DNA of 64,000 nucleotides from Sphaerodactylus townsendi. Lineage: Eukaryota. Both the position numbers and the translations under genes were made by a program. How positions within the stretch are numbered: position 1 is the first letter of the stretch; every line of letters starts with the position of its first letter. The notes under the pieces are model-generated. The model made no database searches. It was not told where the DNA came from and worked only from the letters and a program-made list of their open reading frames with translations. Positions 36,628 through 49,872 of the stretch are shown here, piece after piece. Where the stretch lies: the NCBI RefSeq assembly GCF_021028975.2, contig NC_059436.1:30628001-30692000 (forward strand). The letters run 5' to 3'.

Positions 36628-38685
36628 GCTAGCTGGCAGCTCCTTCGTCAAGTCACATACTGTTCTAAGCCTGTCACCTCAGACCGGATGGTTCTATAAG
36701 CCTCGCCCAGCTATTTATGGTGCAACCTGAAAAGTTTAGGGAGGAGCCCTCAAATCTAGGAGGGTTCTTAATAGAAAAAAATCATTACAAAAGAACCAGC
36801 ATAGTATAGCGGTTAAGAGAGGTGGATTCTTGGATTCCCTACTTCTCCACATGAGTGGCGGACTCTAATCGGGTGAAATGGGTTTGAATCTCCAGCCTTC
36901 CACATAAAGCTTGCGGTGTGACCTTGAGCTAGTCACAGTTCTCTGAGAACGCTCTCAGTTCACCTACCTCACAAGGTGTCTGTTGTGGGAGAGAAAGGGA
37001 ACGGTTTATAAGCTGCTTTGAAACTCCTTACAGCTGAGGAAAGCAGGGTATAAATCCAAACTCTTTTTCTCTTCTTCAAAGAATATTTGCCTCAAAGGGT
37101 CAAATATACAGCCCCAAAGCTGGGAACGTGGAGATACCGCATAAGCAGGAAGAGCCTAAGCTCAAGGATAGAGCATGTGCTTAGAATGCAAACAAACCTG
37201 GTTCAGCCCTCAGTCTGTCCAACTGAAAAGATCCCTGGATATACAGTTGGCAGAGACTTCTCTTCCTTGGGCTACAGAAAACTGAGGCTAGTCAAGACAG
37301 ACAATGCTTGTTTATTTTTAAAAATTATTTCTAACATTTCTATGCTAGCTTTTGACCCAACATTTCTATGTCACCTTTCAACCTAAGTCAGAGTCCCCAA
37401 GGCAGTGAACATTTAAACATTCCAAACTTCAAACATATTTAAAATACAAATATCTATAAAATACTTTTTAAAATTACATGGAACAAACAAACACACGAAC
37501 AGGGAGGAGGGCTAATAAGAGTTGTTGAGGAAACACAAAATAAATAACGATAGAAAAGGATAGAGGGAGATGGTCGAAACTCCCTGGGGAGGGATTTCCC
37601 AATTTTCAACACCGTGCCTGAGGAAGCCCTCTCTAGAATTGCTACCTGTGTAGCTTCAGGTGGTGGTAGCACTCAAAGCAGGCTGTTAGAATTAGACTGC
37701 AGCAGTTGAGTAGGTTCTTAAGGGGGCATGTGGCCCTTCAGACATGCTCGTCTCAAGCCATACAGAGCTTTAAAGGTCAACACTACCATTTGATTTGGGC
37801 TTGCAAGCAAACTGGAAGCCACTGTAAATGTTGTCCCTTCGACCCACTCCAGTCAGCATTCGGGCTACAGCATTCTCCATCAACTGTAACTTCTGGATAG
37901 CCTTCAACCTCACATATAGCACATTGCAGTAATCTAATCTATATGTTACCAGAGCATGCAGCCCAGTGGCCAGAACTTTTCAGCCCCCATCCATCCCAAA
38001 ACTGTTGCCAAGCTCCTGCTCAATTTCCACAGCCTTCTTGTTATCTAGAAGCATGCAAAAGAGTTGTCATCCGCATATTAATGAAACATAACATAAACCT
38101 CCAGGTGATCTCTCCTAGTGGCCACACAAAGAAGTCAAGTATGGGGGACAATATGGGACCTTGTGAATTAGATGATGGACCGGCAGACGACTGGTGTGAC
38201 ATGGCAGAAGGCCACTTCAGATGTCATGTGGGGTACAACACTCAGTGGAAAGATGCAGATGTTTAGCTGTGCTGGTTGCAGTCAAGTGAAGGCAATGTCT
38301 AAGAGAAAGGTTGAGATTCCAATCCCGTGCATAACTACTGCCCCCTCCTTTTGGCCAGCAGAAGCAGCATAGAAGTGCCATCCAAAGCAGGCTTACACCC
38401 CTCTAAGCCCCCTGACTTCAACTGACTTAGGCCCATTATGCATGTAACACTAACCTCAAGGCTCTTCACTGTGCAGTGGGGTTGTAGTGGGGTCTCCTTG
38501 CATTTCAACATTTACATGTAAGGAGGCACCCCACTGCCTGCAGTGCGGCTTGCCTGCTGAACTCTTACAAGTCTCTGCTTTTCCTGGTTCTCTTAATTCC
38601 GCCCCCATCAACTCACTCTTAAAGGCACAGATCTCATCACACCTGATAATCACAAGATTTGTTAAAGTCCTTTGAATTGCTGTTA

Positions 38686-39539
38686 CCCGTATATACTCAT
38701 GTATAAGTCGAATTTTTCAGCACATTTTTAATGCTGAAAAAGCTCCCCTCGACTTATATGCGGGTCATTAAAATTTTGTGTGTGTTTTTACTTTGACGGC
38801 CAGCAGGGGGCGCAGTTTTTATGCTAGAGGCATCAAAATTTCAGGGTACCCTCAGAAGACTTTCCTGATGACACCAGCCAAGATTGGTAAAGTTTGGTTT
38901 AGGGGGTCCAAAGTTATGGACCCCCAAAGGAGGTGCCCCCATTCCCCATTGTTTTCAATGGGAGCTATTAGTAGATGGGGCTACCCTTTTGAGGGTCCAT
39001 AACTTTGGACTCAGTCTGTTTCGAACCCGGCTTTCGGTCTCATCAGGAGAGTCTCTTTATGATACCAGCCAGGTTTGGTGAAGTTTGGGTCAGGGGATCC
39101 AAAGTTATTGACCCCCAAAGGTTTACAATGGAAGCTAATAGTAGATTTTTCATTTCTGATAATATCCCTCTTAAAATCTAAGTTGGGTTACATTTGGACA
39201 TACAGATGATGATGAGGAATCCAGTTTTGAAGGATTTTAACCCTTGTGTTTTGAAATTTCTGGTTGCTGGTTGAGCTAAGGTTTTGGCACTTTTAAAAGC
39301 TATTGTTGATACCATATTGTTCTTGTTGACCCTCTTTTCCACTTACAGAACCAGTTTACTGTTTTTCTTTGAAATAAATATTCAAAAACATTTAACCTAC
39401 TGATGCCTCAATTGATGCTGCATTTCCCACCCTCGACTTATACGCGAGTCAATAAGTTTTCCCAGTTTTTTGTGGTAAAATTATTAGGTGCCTCTTAATT
39501 TATATGCGGCTCTATTCTATACACTCCAGGCATATACGG
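38686..39539. mobile_element. Tigger-like non-autonomous element
   Basis: TA-flanked ends ccgtatatactc / catatacgg and subterminal tataagtcga motifs. Confidence 0.75.
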
Positions 39540-42500
39540 TATATTGATGTTGCTGTTATTGCAGTTACATAGATATTGTAGCCCCTTTCCAAAAATAATC
39601 CCCCCCAAATGAAAGAGGCAAAGCAATCCCCTGCACTACATGCTGCTGAAGACGGGGACCATGTCCTGGAACTGATATTCTCTCCCTTCCTTCACACAGA
39701 TACACCCACACACATACACTTCCTACTGCTGCTGCTGATGCCACAAGAGGAGAGGTTTGTTATTTCAATATTCCTTGGTATTTCAATTTTCCTGTATTAA
39801 ATCCATCATTACTTCGATAGATTTAATACGGTACAAATGTTTGAAGTTGAAATAAAGTTTTTAAAAGCCCTCCCGATCATTGGGGAGGGTGGAAGCAGAG
39901 CAGGGGAGGTGGAGTGGAGCCAAAAAGCCCAAAGCAAAGAATGACAAGGGCCATTTCTTTCATCTTCCTTGTAAAGCAGGGAAAAGGTCATTCTTTGCCG
40001 TCTCTCACAAACAGCGGGTATTATGGAATCTGCCATGCAGTGAGTGTTGGAGGAGGGGAAAGGCATCCGTAACAGAAGCTCCAAAAAGAATCTCCCTTCA
40101 GCGCGGGACAGAGCACCAGTGTATAATTGGCTTTAGAAAGGTACATTTTTGCATAAGATTGTAGTGTGCATTATGTAAGCACAGATTTTTTTTTATAAGT
40201 AAGTATATTCCCTCTCTGAACATATCTACAGAATTTCTTGGCACAAAACATGGATTCCATTTTTATCAAGAAAAACTCACAGCTCTGCACACATTCCTTG
40301 GAGAAGCAGTCTCAAGGCCCTAAACAAACAAATATTCCAGTTGTTGATTCTACCTTAACTGTCAGGCCCAACTTTCCATGCACTGAGATTCCTCCCATAT
40401 GCCAAGATTTCAGAACAAGGAGCATCTTCTTCATAACAGTCTTGCTACCCCTCACTGAGAGCAGCCTCTGAAAGACCCTTTTCAGTTACAGAAAATGACC
40501 TTCTCTTGGAGATTGCTCTGAAACAGAGCACTTTCAGACAAATTGTAAGAGAGGCTTTCGGGGATCAAAGTCAATAAATAGAGCAATTGAGCTTTCATTT
40601 TATTTTTGCATCATAATTCAAGCTTTTTTGCCCCATTTGCGCTGTTATCCACCTAAGCTCATAAAGGGGCAACTATAAAGGTGAGTACATCAACACACAA
40701 ACCTTCACTGCTCAAAGTCAGCCTCAACCAGTTTGCTGCTATGCTTGGACTGTGTTCTCACAGTTATATGAAGGAGAGATTCTTGGAGGCTTCCAGCAGC
40801 AACAGGGGTCATGTGAGTTAGTTGTTTGCCAAGCAGTCTCCAGGTATCCCCAATGACCCCCCATAGGGCCAAAAAATGCCCAAAGTGTGGTGGTGCAACC
40901 TAAGGCTGTTGATAGCCTCTCATCTCTTTGATCCATTTAACTGTGACTGTGTTGGGCTTCATACAGGCTGTAATTCTCTCCCATTTCAGAGCTGGGGAGG
41001 TTCACAAAGAAGAATCAACTGCTAAATCATATGTGGTGATATGTGGAGTGGTGAGAAAAGACAGACAAATTTCTCTGCAAAATGCCCCAGCTGCCTCTTT
41101 TCTGAATATCAGGATTCCCCGGGACGTCAAATAAAAGTGTATTTACCCAGTGCGGCTAAAGAGGAAACTGCAATGCTGAAAACAGAAGTACCTGAAATTG
41201 CCTCATTCTACGAGCGTAGAGGGTGTCTATGCTGGGAAGCTCTTGTAGGCCTGTGCAAAGTGGGTATTGTAACACAAGGGGGTGGGGATGACTGCATCCA
41301 CTTCCTGGCAGAAGGTTTGTTTTCTTTTCAAATATCTACGCATTCTCTGCACAAAAAGGCTGTATAATGCATTACTATGTATAATACATTACTATGTACT
41401 ATTAAACAAACAGTTCTGATCATTTGCCTTAGTTTATGCATCTTACCCAGAAAACAAAGAACAGATCAGTAACCAGACAAGGTTTAATTTTTATTTAAAA
41501 CATTGTTTTTAAACAGGTGATTTGTGCTGTAGTGTTTTCAGGTTGTCTCATACTGTTGAAGAACACCCAATCTCATTTCAGAATCTCCTGAGAGTAGTCA
41601 AAGACAACTGACACCACTAGAGATATCTTCAACACTTCTCTCATATGTGCATAAAGTGCAGCCCAGTTATGGCAACACTTAGGGTTTTCAAGGCAAAGAA
41701 CGTTTGGAGGTGGTTAGCCATCACTTGACTCTGCAACATGACACCAGTATTACTGGGAGGTCACCCATCCAAATATCAACCAGGGTCAACTCTCCTTAGC
41801 TTCTAAGATCTCATGAGATCAGGCTAGCCTGGTCTCTCCAGTCAGGGCACTCCCTTATGTAGCTGGATTTAAGGACTATTACTGGTATATGGTCTTATGC
41901 ATAGAGCACTTTCCTTGAGGCTCTTCGCTCTGCAGTGGGTTGTAGTGGGGTCTCCTCGCTCTGTTTATATGGGAGGAAGAAGTGCCCCACTGCCTGCTGC
42001 GCGGCTTGCCTGGTCCCCACTTTCGGGTCGCTGCTGGTCAATCGCAAGATTGCCACTTTTTTAAAAAGTCCTTTAATTTTAAAAATCATTTTATTGAACT
42101 ACTGCTACTGTGATGGCTCATTATTGTTAATTTTTGTCTTTTTAGAAAAGTGGGCCATCAAAAAGCCTGCAAGGAGTAGGCAGGGGAAGACGGAGATGGG
42201 GAAACCTAAAGCCATGGAAAACATCAGGGTTTGCCCACTTTTAGGAGCTGCAGGGCTTCTGGGATCTGCCATGCCATAAGTCTGAGCATGTCTGCAATGA
42301 AAACTCTGCCCCAAAGGAAATATACTGTCACTGCAAGGCAGAGCACCAGTGTATAATTAACCAAATCTCTTAGGCTTACTTTAATTCCTTGTTCCTACTC
42401 TGTGAATAGTGTAGGCCTGTAGGGACTATGAATGTGAAGAATATTGTACATATTACCAGTTATAAGCAACTCAGCTCTCCCTCTTATATCTGCCCCCATT

Positions 42501-45500
42501 TTGTGTGTGTGTTTTCAGGTTGGGTTTAGATTCTTTTTAAAGATCCTTTCCTACAAAGGCAGCAGGATTCATCCAGTCTCCTAAGTCCACCATCAGCGTA
42601 AGACATAAAAAGACAGAAGTGCTTGAGTGAAAGTTCCTATTGCCTACAGACTACATTTCCTGGTTATTTTGACACCCTGACAGAGTGGTCAAGGGGACAG
42701 TTGCTAAGAGGGCACAATCATACAGGAAAGAGGAAAGCTTGTGTGGTCAGCTCAGCTGCACATTCTTAGTTGTGCTAAGGGAAGGAAATTTAAAGTTGCG
42801 CCAAAAGCACAAACCCCTAGAAAAAGCTGGGTACTACAGGGGATTTGAACAACGAGAACAAGAATTTATATGGCATTTCTATGTTCAAACAATTTAATAG
42901 AATTGTTTTGTAATTCTTACAACAGTTCAGTGAGGTAGAGTAGAATGAAGTGAACCATTTATATCAGTCCTGAAAGGAACTACCATTTGCATCAGTTTTG
43001 AAAGGAAGACCTGTGTGATACAAATGGTAAAATACAAAAGGGGGTGTGGGACAGCACAGCCAATGGGCCATCCTGGAGGGCCATCAGTTTAGCAGGGACT
43101 CTGCTCCATAATCCTGCTATGCTGCACCCATGGCAGCAGCTGCTCTATTGCATTTATCCCATGTACCCTGTGTCTGTACCACCAAGCTACAGCTTTGCAG
43201 TAGGAGTGTGGGGACCCAGACCCCCCCCCCCACTTCAGCTGCCACATACCCAGAGGTGGGATCCAGCAGGTTCTCACAGGTTCCCAAGAGTAGGTTACTA
43301 ATTATTTGTGTGTGCCGAGAGGGGGTTACTAATTGGTGGTTTTGCCACGTGATTTTTGCCTTAGTTACGCCCCTCCTCTCAGCAGTGGCGCGCAGAACTT
43401 GAAGCAGTCTAGCAGGAGGTGCACCGGCATGCGTGGCAGCCTGCGCTTGCATGCATTCGTTTCCAGCCTAAGGACTGGCGCAGCGGCTGCATCCTTGCCA
43501 CAGCCCCGCCCAGGAATGCCCCACCCCCGTCATGCCCCTCCCAGCCCCATTGGCGCTATGCCACAGTTTGAATCCCACCACCATGGGAAACTGTTACTAA
43601 AATTTTTGGATCCCACCCCCTTGGACCACCCACCATTCCCCATGCAAGCTGCACACAACTGCCGGCAGTTTGTGTGGGGGTGGGGAAGGGCTGGGAACCA
43701 ATAAGTGGAGTCAGCCTTTAGGTGGCCACTGGACCCTTGCTACAACAATCCCAGCATGGGCATGTCTGACTCAGAGCCCATCCTCTCAGACACATGAAGG
43801 GGAAGTCACTGACAGGGGGAAGATGGGGCAGAAGGGGAGGGGAGCTAGTTTCATTTTCTCGGAAACAAACAGGGACGAAGTTGTGGAACACCCCAGACTC
43901 TACTGAACAGGAAATTGTGAATAGGGCTGATGAACTGCCGACTATCCAGCATGGGCCACTATCTTTTTTTGTGAGCTGTTCCAAGGGGTGATGGGATGAC
44001 AGACAGAGCTGTCTCTAGCACAGCGTGAGAGTGAGACAGAGTGGAAAGCTGCCCGAAGCAGGACACACTTGTGACTGAACAGAGGCAAGGACTGTACTAG
44101 TCATGTTTCCAAGTCTCCCTACTCACCAACTGGCACCTGCACAGATGGTTAAAAAAACCACATGTGCAACAACAGCAAACAGCACAGACACTGTGCTAGC
44201 CACAGCCATGCCTGTGAGGCCCTGGCAAGGTTTACTATTCCACCCCCCTGAAGGGTTTTTTTACCATTTGCTAGGGAACATGCTGTAGCCATCCAAGTGA
44301 CACCCACTGATACTTATCAAAGAAGTGCCCTGAAACTGTTCCATCTGCTGCTGCATAGGACCCCGATCCTGCAAGGCAATGGGTAACATGATTGCTTGGC
44401 CAGCTACACCATAATGGGGAACTTGTTAAGCACCCAAAATGCAGTTGTGCTCTGTCACCACCTCAGGGGGAGAGGAGAAGACTTAATAAAGGAGTATGTA
44501 AAAGGAGCATGTAATAGCGTTCAGTGTCCCTGTGTTCTTGGGTACACTTCCTTGGGTGTATGCCCCACTGCATGACAAGGGGAATGGGGCCAGGTAAGCT
44601 TGGCTCCGTTTGTCCCTGTATGCACACCCTTGTGGCCTTGATTGTGGGACAGCTGAGCAGACATTTGTCTGTGGAAATATTGAAAAAAGTGATGACAGGA
44701 AGACAGAGAATCAGTGAGGGCATAGTCATGGAACAAACAGAGTCAAACAGTTGTTTCCACACAACTATTCTGCTCCACCAGCGGTAAATGTTTTCCAGAG
44801 TATCTACATAATGTTGTTTTTAGGGTGATAGAAAGAGCTCACAAGTACTCTCTAAAAAGGCTTTAAGAACTGTCACTAGTCCGAACTTCGTGGGTGAAAT
44901 CCGCCACTGCAATTACAGACAGCTTTTTACTGGAGTCTCTTTCAGGCTTTGTTGATACATTGCTCTTCTACTGTTGGTTAAAGGTACTGGATACAGCTTT
45001 ATATTGGCATTTATATTGGCATTCAGCTTCTGTATCCCACTGGCAGAAGTGGGCAGCGCATTACTGGTTGTAGTCACTTGCCTTTATCACTAAGAAGTAA
45101 GCTGATGGAGCCTCCCAGCTCACTGCCTCTCATCCCATGCATAGCCCATGCATATCCTCCACTAGTGTGGCAAAGTGGTTAGACTAGTAGTGTAGGACCA
45201 CCATTCAAATCTCAACAATAAAATTACTTGCTGTCCACAGGCCACTAATTCTCTCAGTGTAACCTATCCCACAGGGTTGTTGTTCTTATAAAATCAGGGC
45301 ATGTTTGCCACTCAGAACTCTTTTCAGATAAAGCAGGAATAAGAATGTGGGATTCGCTCTTCATGCATGAAACAGGAAATCCTCACGCAGCTCCGCCAAG
45401 AAATGCTACTTTCGAATTGCTTCCGAAAAAACTTCAATAAGGAAACATGAAACTGGAAAGCAAAATAGACATGAAAAAATTCATGTTCGCTTTAGGGTGT

Positions 45501-45559
45501 AAGACGACCAGAGAATGGTGAAGGCACCAAGTCCGCTGTAGGCACCAAATGCGCTGCGC

Positions 45560-45865
45560 TGTGTTATCCCAGAGCATTTCCGCACACTGCTTCAGTACAA
45601 CCGTGAAACGATTCCGAATTCGTGCACTTGCCTATCTGCATTTCGAGAGAATGCAGATCGCCTACGATTGTCCCGTCTGGGTACTCGTCGCTTCGATTCG
45701 GCAAGCGAGATAATACGCGTCAAAACATACGGGAAGTATCACCGGCGTCTGACGACGCATGCGCCCATCCCATCTCTTGCTGTAACGTAAGAGTAGGACT
45801 CGCAAGACGTGTCGCGTGGCCACGTGGGTAATTTGCGTCTGCGCAGTAAGTGGCGGCGGGCGGCC
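45560..45865 (+). promoter_or_regulatory. CpG-island promoter of TMED4
   Basis: CpG-dense region immediately upstream of gccATGG; GACGTGTC and GCCACGTGG at 45807-45827. Confidence 0.75.
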
Positions 45866-48053
45866 ATGGCGGGGGACAGGCGGTTCGGGTTGCCGGTATG
45901 GACGGCTGCACCCCTCCTGTGTTTGGTCGCGCAGTTGGTGGGCCATGGGGCGCATGCGCTGTACTTCCACATAGGGGAGACCGAGAAGCGGTGCTTCATC
46001 GAGGAAATCCCAGATGAGACCATGGTCATCGGTGAGAGGCGGCGGCGGCGGCGGCGGGAGGGGGCGGCTCTGGCAAAGACTGTGACCCTCTCCTTTCCCC
46101 TCACCAGGGAACTACCGGACGCAGCTGTGGGACAAGCAGACCGAGACTTTCCTGCCATCTACGCCGGGGCTGGGCATGTTCGTGGAGGTCAAGGACCCCG
46201 ATAAGAAGGTAACGAATTACCCCTACCAGCCCGTTGCCTTATTCTCGTCCTTGATCCCATCCGGGGAGGAAGAACAATGTCCCAGGAGCAAACAGGACAA
46301 AAGTGGTTAAGCCATGTCCCCTTGGGTCTCTCCCCTCCCCCTGTTGTCTTGTTCTAAAACATATGTTCTTTCTAGGGTTGCCAGCTCTGAGTTGGGAAAT
46401 ATTTGGAGTTTTGTGGGGTGGGCTCTGGAAAGGGTAAGGACCTCAGCAAAAGAGCCGTTTTCTTCACAATAACTGATCTTGGTTGCCTGCAGTTCAGTTG
46501 TAATAGTGGGAGAGTTCCAGGTGGTATCCGAAACTTGGCAATACTATAGTTTTCCTATGAGAATGGTTATGGGGAGGCATGATGAAATCTGGTCAGCAAT
46601 TCTGAAGTGATAGAGACTCTTCCTTAGGAATTTGACACTCATTCCCTGGTCTTCTTTCCCTGGGTTGTTGCAGGTGTCTGGAGACAGTCACATGAATGTG
46701 TCTGTAGAGGAGAGTGTTCTTGAGCCTAGTAGACCATGATCTTGATGGTTAGCCGAGCCGTTACTTCGGCTTTCGGAGTGGTTTCTGTCCAGGCGAGTAT
46801 TGTGTTAAGTATGGCTCCGAGGGCCGTTTCACTTTCACGTCACATATCCATGGGGAGCATCAGATGTGCCTCCACTCCAACTCCACTCGCATGGCACTTT
46901 TTGCAGGGGGCAAATTGGTAAGCCAGATTCTTGTCTTTTGGGACCAACATTTTCCCGCTCTTGAATTGCAGGGCTGTCTGGTGCTCCAGAGCTTGGAGTA
47001 CCTGGCTTCCTCGCTTATCTTTATTTATGGCAAGAAAAGTGCTTTTCAGATGTGAGGAAGAGGAGCCGGTTCATAATACCAAACCTTTAATTTCCTGGTC
47101 TGCTTTTTGCCTCTCTGTGACTCTCAGAGCATCATTTGCTCAGCAAATGAGATGGAAGTGAGGAAGGAGCTCAGACAAGTCTGAAAGCTGGGTCTGGAAC
47201 TCGTTTGAATTCTTAGAGTATGCCACTGCGTTTAATAGGCTCACTATCTGATTTAACATGTTTTATGTCCAGCGAGTGCACTTAGATATCCAAGTTGGGG
47301 AGCACACCAATAACTACCCTGAGATTGCATCAAAGGACAAGTTGACAGAACTGCAATTAAGAGCAAGACAGCTTCTGGACCAGGTGGAGCAGATCCAGAA
47401 GGAGCAGAATTACCAAAGGGTAAGTGGATCTCTGAGCATTGTTTGGTGTAAGGAAGGTAATCTCTTGGACCTTCCTAATAACAATAGGAAGCTTGGACTT
47501 TATCTGATAATTTGTGACATGCTAGAGCACCTTCACCCAAGAGGTGCTGCACCACGGTTATGTAAAGCTATCCGCGAAGAGGGGTGGGTATTAAGTCATC
47601 TTCCTGATTGGGGTAGAAGTCCAACAAGTTATAAATAGTCTGGCAAGCATTCAGCATTATATTTGTGGTAAAGTGGTGACAGGCCATGAAGTTGAATGTG
47701 GGGTGGTTGCCAAGAATGGGTGGGTGGAATGGGGAACTTGCTTTGGAAAAGAATATCTTGGTATTTTGGTGGGGTGGGGAAGCCCATGTCTGGGGGGAGT
47801 ACTCATGTCGGATGTGTAAATAAGGAAACTAAACTGTGTATTTGGGGGTGGGTGAAGCCAGGGCAGTCAGATTTCTGATTTGTGATGCTTTGTCTGTTTT
47901 CAGTACCGAGAAGAGAGATTCCGCATGACCAGCGAAAGCACCAACCAGCGGGTTTTGTGGTGGTCCATTGCCCAGACTATCATCCTGATCCTTACAGGTG
48001 TTTGGCAGATGAGACACCTCAAAAGCTTCTTTGAGGCCAAAAAACTGGTATAA
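45866..48053 (+). CDS. TMED4: transmembrane p24 trafficking protein 4 (5' end of exon 3 corrupted in this sequence)
   Basis: Exons 45866-46031, 46108-46208, (~46792/46810)-46917, 47273-47419, 47904-48053. Signal peptide followed by [30 protein letters not shown], then [31 protein letters not shown], and C-terminal [11 protein letters not shown]. Adjacent to DDX56 as in mammals. Confidence 0.92.
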
Positions 48054-49085
48054 GCACTTATGGCAACAGGCACTTTTATTAAAATGTCTTGCTGTCCTTC
48101 TCCAACTTCCACTGAACTAATCTCTGCCTGTCTGGATTTATGAGAGTTGTGCACTGAGTCAGAAACAAAAAATAGAATGTACCAAGACTAGTGCTCTCTC
48201 TGCAAGGATAACCTTCCTGTGGAAGCTTCCAGCTGGCTCTTTGCACTGTTGGAGCAAAGGAATTGGTGTTGAGGGTTGTATTGGGATTTCTGGGGTGGGA
48301 ATGGAATTTCAGTGCTTGCAGATCTCAGGCAGAAGATGTTGCTGTTGGAGAGGCTTGGGATTAAGATATTTAAGATCCCTCCCCCGGTAGTTCCTTGCTT
48401 TTTCCTTGCCTTGTGTGTGGGGTTGGCAGGTCCTTTCTCAGCAGTGGTTTGGTTCCCTATCGCTGTTCTTCACTTAACTGGTTTTCAGTGATTCCTTTTA
48501 GCAAAGGTGCTGGGCTTGGCTTGAAGAAGAAAGTGAAAGCAAGTAATTAGCACATGTTCTGACCAGCGCCTGTGGGGGGTGCGGAGAGGACGGAGGGGGG
48601 ACGGAACAATAGCCTTGATGTAAAGTCAGGGCTTGGCCTTTCAATTTGGTTCCTTAAGTGACAGGAGCAAATTTTCTTGAATTACATCCCTTTCTGGAGC
48701 AATGCTATCAACTCACCAACAGAGAATTCCATTGTGCTTCTGTACCATACTCCCATTTTTCAACATGTTTGGAGTTTCTTTGCCGATTGGAAACCAAGTA
48801 CTAGTGATGATGGGACAGCAGATTTAGCTGTCTCTTTCTCCCCTCAGAGGTTGACATACACTGCCAATAGAAGTGGTTCTACAAATGTAAAGGTGTTGTC
48901 TAACCTTTGTGATGGCAGTGACTACAACATTAAGCATGGCAGCAGTTAACTCTGGAGTTTCATGCTAACTGTACTAGAGTTTTTGGGAAGAGGCAGCTGT
49001 ATGTAGCACTTACTATTTATGAAAACAAATTTGGATCTTTAAAATTCAGAAAATGTGCAGTTGAATGGTTCTCTCACCTACCTTA

Positions 49086-49091
49086 AATAAA
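49086..49091 (+). terminator. candidate TMED4 poly(A) signal AATAAA
   Basis: ~1 kb downstream of the stop codon. Confidence 0.45.
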
Positions 49092-49872
49092 GGAGTTTAT
49101 GGCTTCCCTTTGTTTGGGGGGAAAATCCTGTTTTTGGACAATCTTTCCTTGCCCTTCTGGGCATTTTGTTAATTACAGTAACTTTTATGATTGTACATGG
49201 GAAAGAGATAATATGCTTGAAAATATTAAGCATGTTGGCATTGGAAACATTAAACCAAGAGAAAAACCTCCCATTCCTTCTGGGGCGAAAGCCCAGGTTG
49301 CCTATGTATTCTGCTGGAGTGAGAGGTACAATTCTAGCAGAACTTCATGGGTATAACTTAAAAGGTTGTTTCATGGGGGATTTGCCACCAACAGAATGTG
49401 AACAAAGTGCTGGTATAATTTCCACTGTGGCAATTTAAGGGACACTGTAGCAGCCCAGAGGTTGACGTTGTGCTTCACCAAGATCCGTGAGACATTTGAG
49501 CTGGGCGTCAGCAATGTGCTGATGGCAAGCAGCTCTATGTTTCTTTAAGTACACAGGTGCAATTCTATGTTCATACTGGATGCTGCTACCCAGTGAATAC
49601 AGCAGCACAAATTGCCTCTGAGTACTGTAGAAGAGATGGTGGGCTGTACAGCTAATGTTCTAGAGAACAGATCTTCCTTGTTAAGATATGGCAGTAATAT
49701 TCACTCACATGTAGAAAGCTGCAACTACAATTATCAACTAAAAGAACCACATGGTCACTGAATGCCCATATACCATCTCAGCCATGTGCATACAGCATAA
49801 TTTTAATACTAAATATAACTGACCATTTTTAATGATGGGTACCTCTGCTCATGAGGGATTATATCTTTGAAC

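Noticed and set aside
36044-48053. Functional coupling of TMED4 with leaderless IL-1 secretion (by analogy to TMED10)
   Set aside because: Only adjacency supports it; the promoters are ~9 kb apart and the TMED4-DDX56 linkage is explained by synteny.
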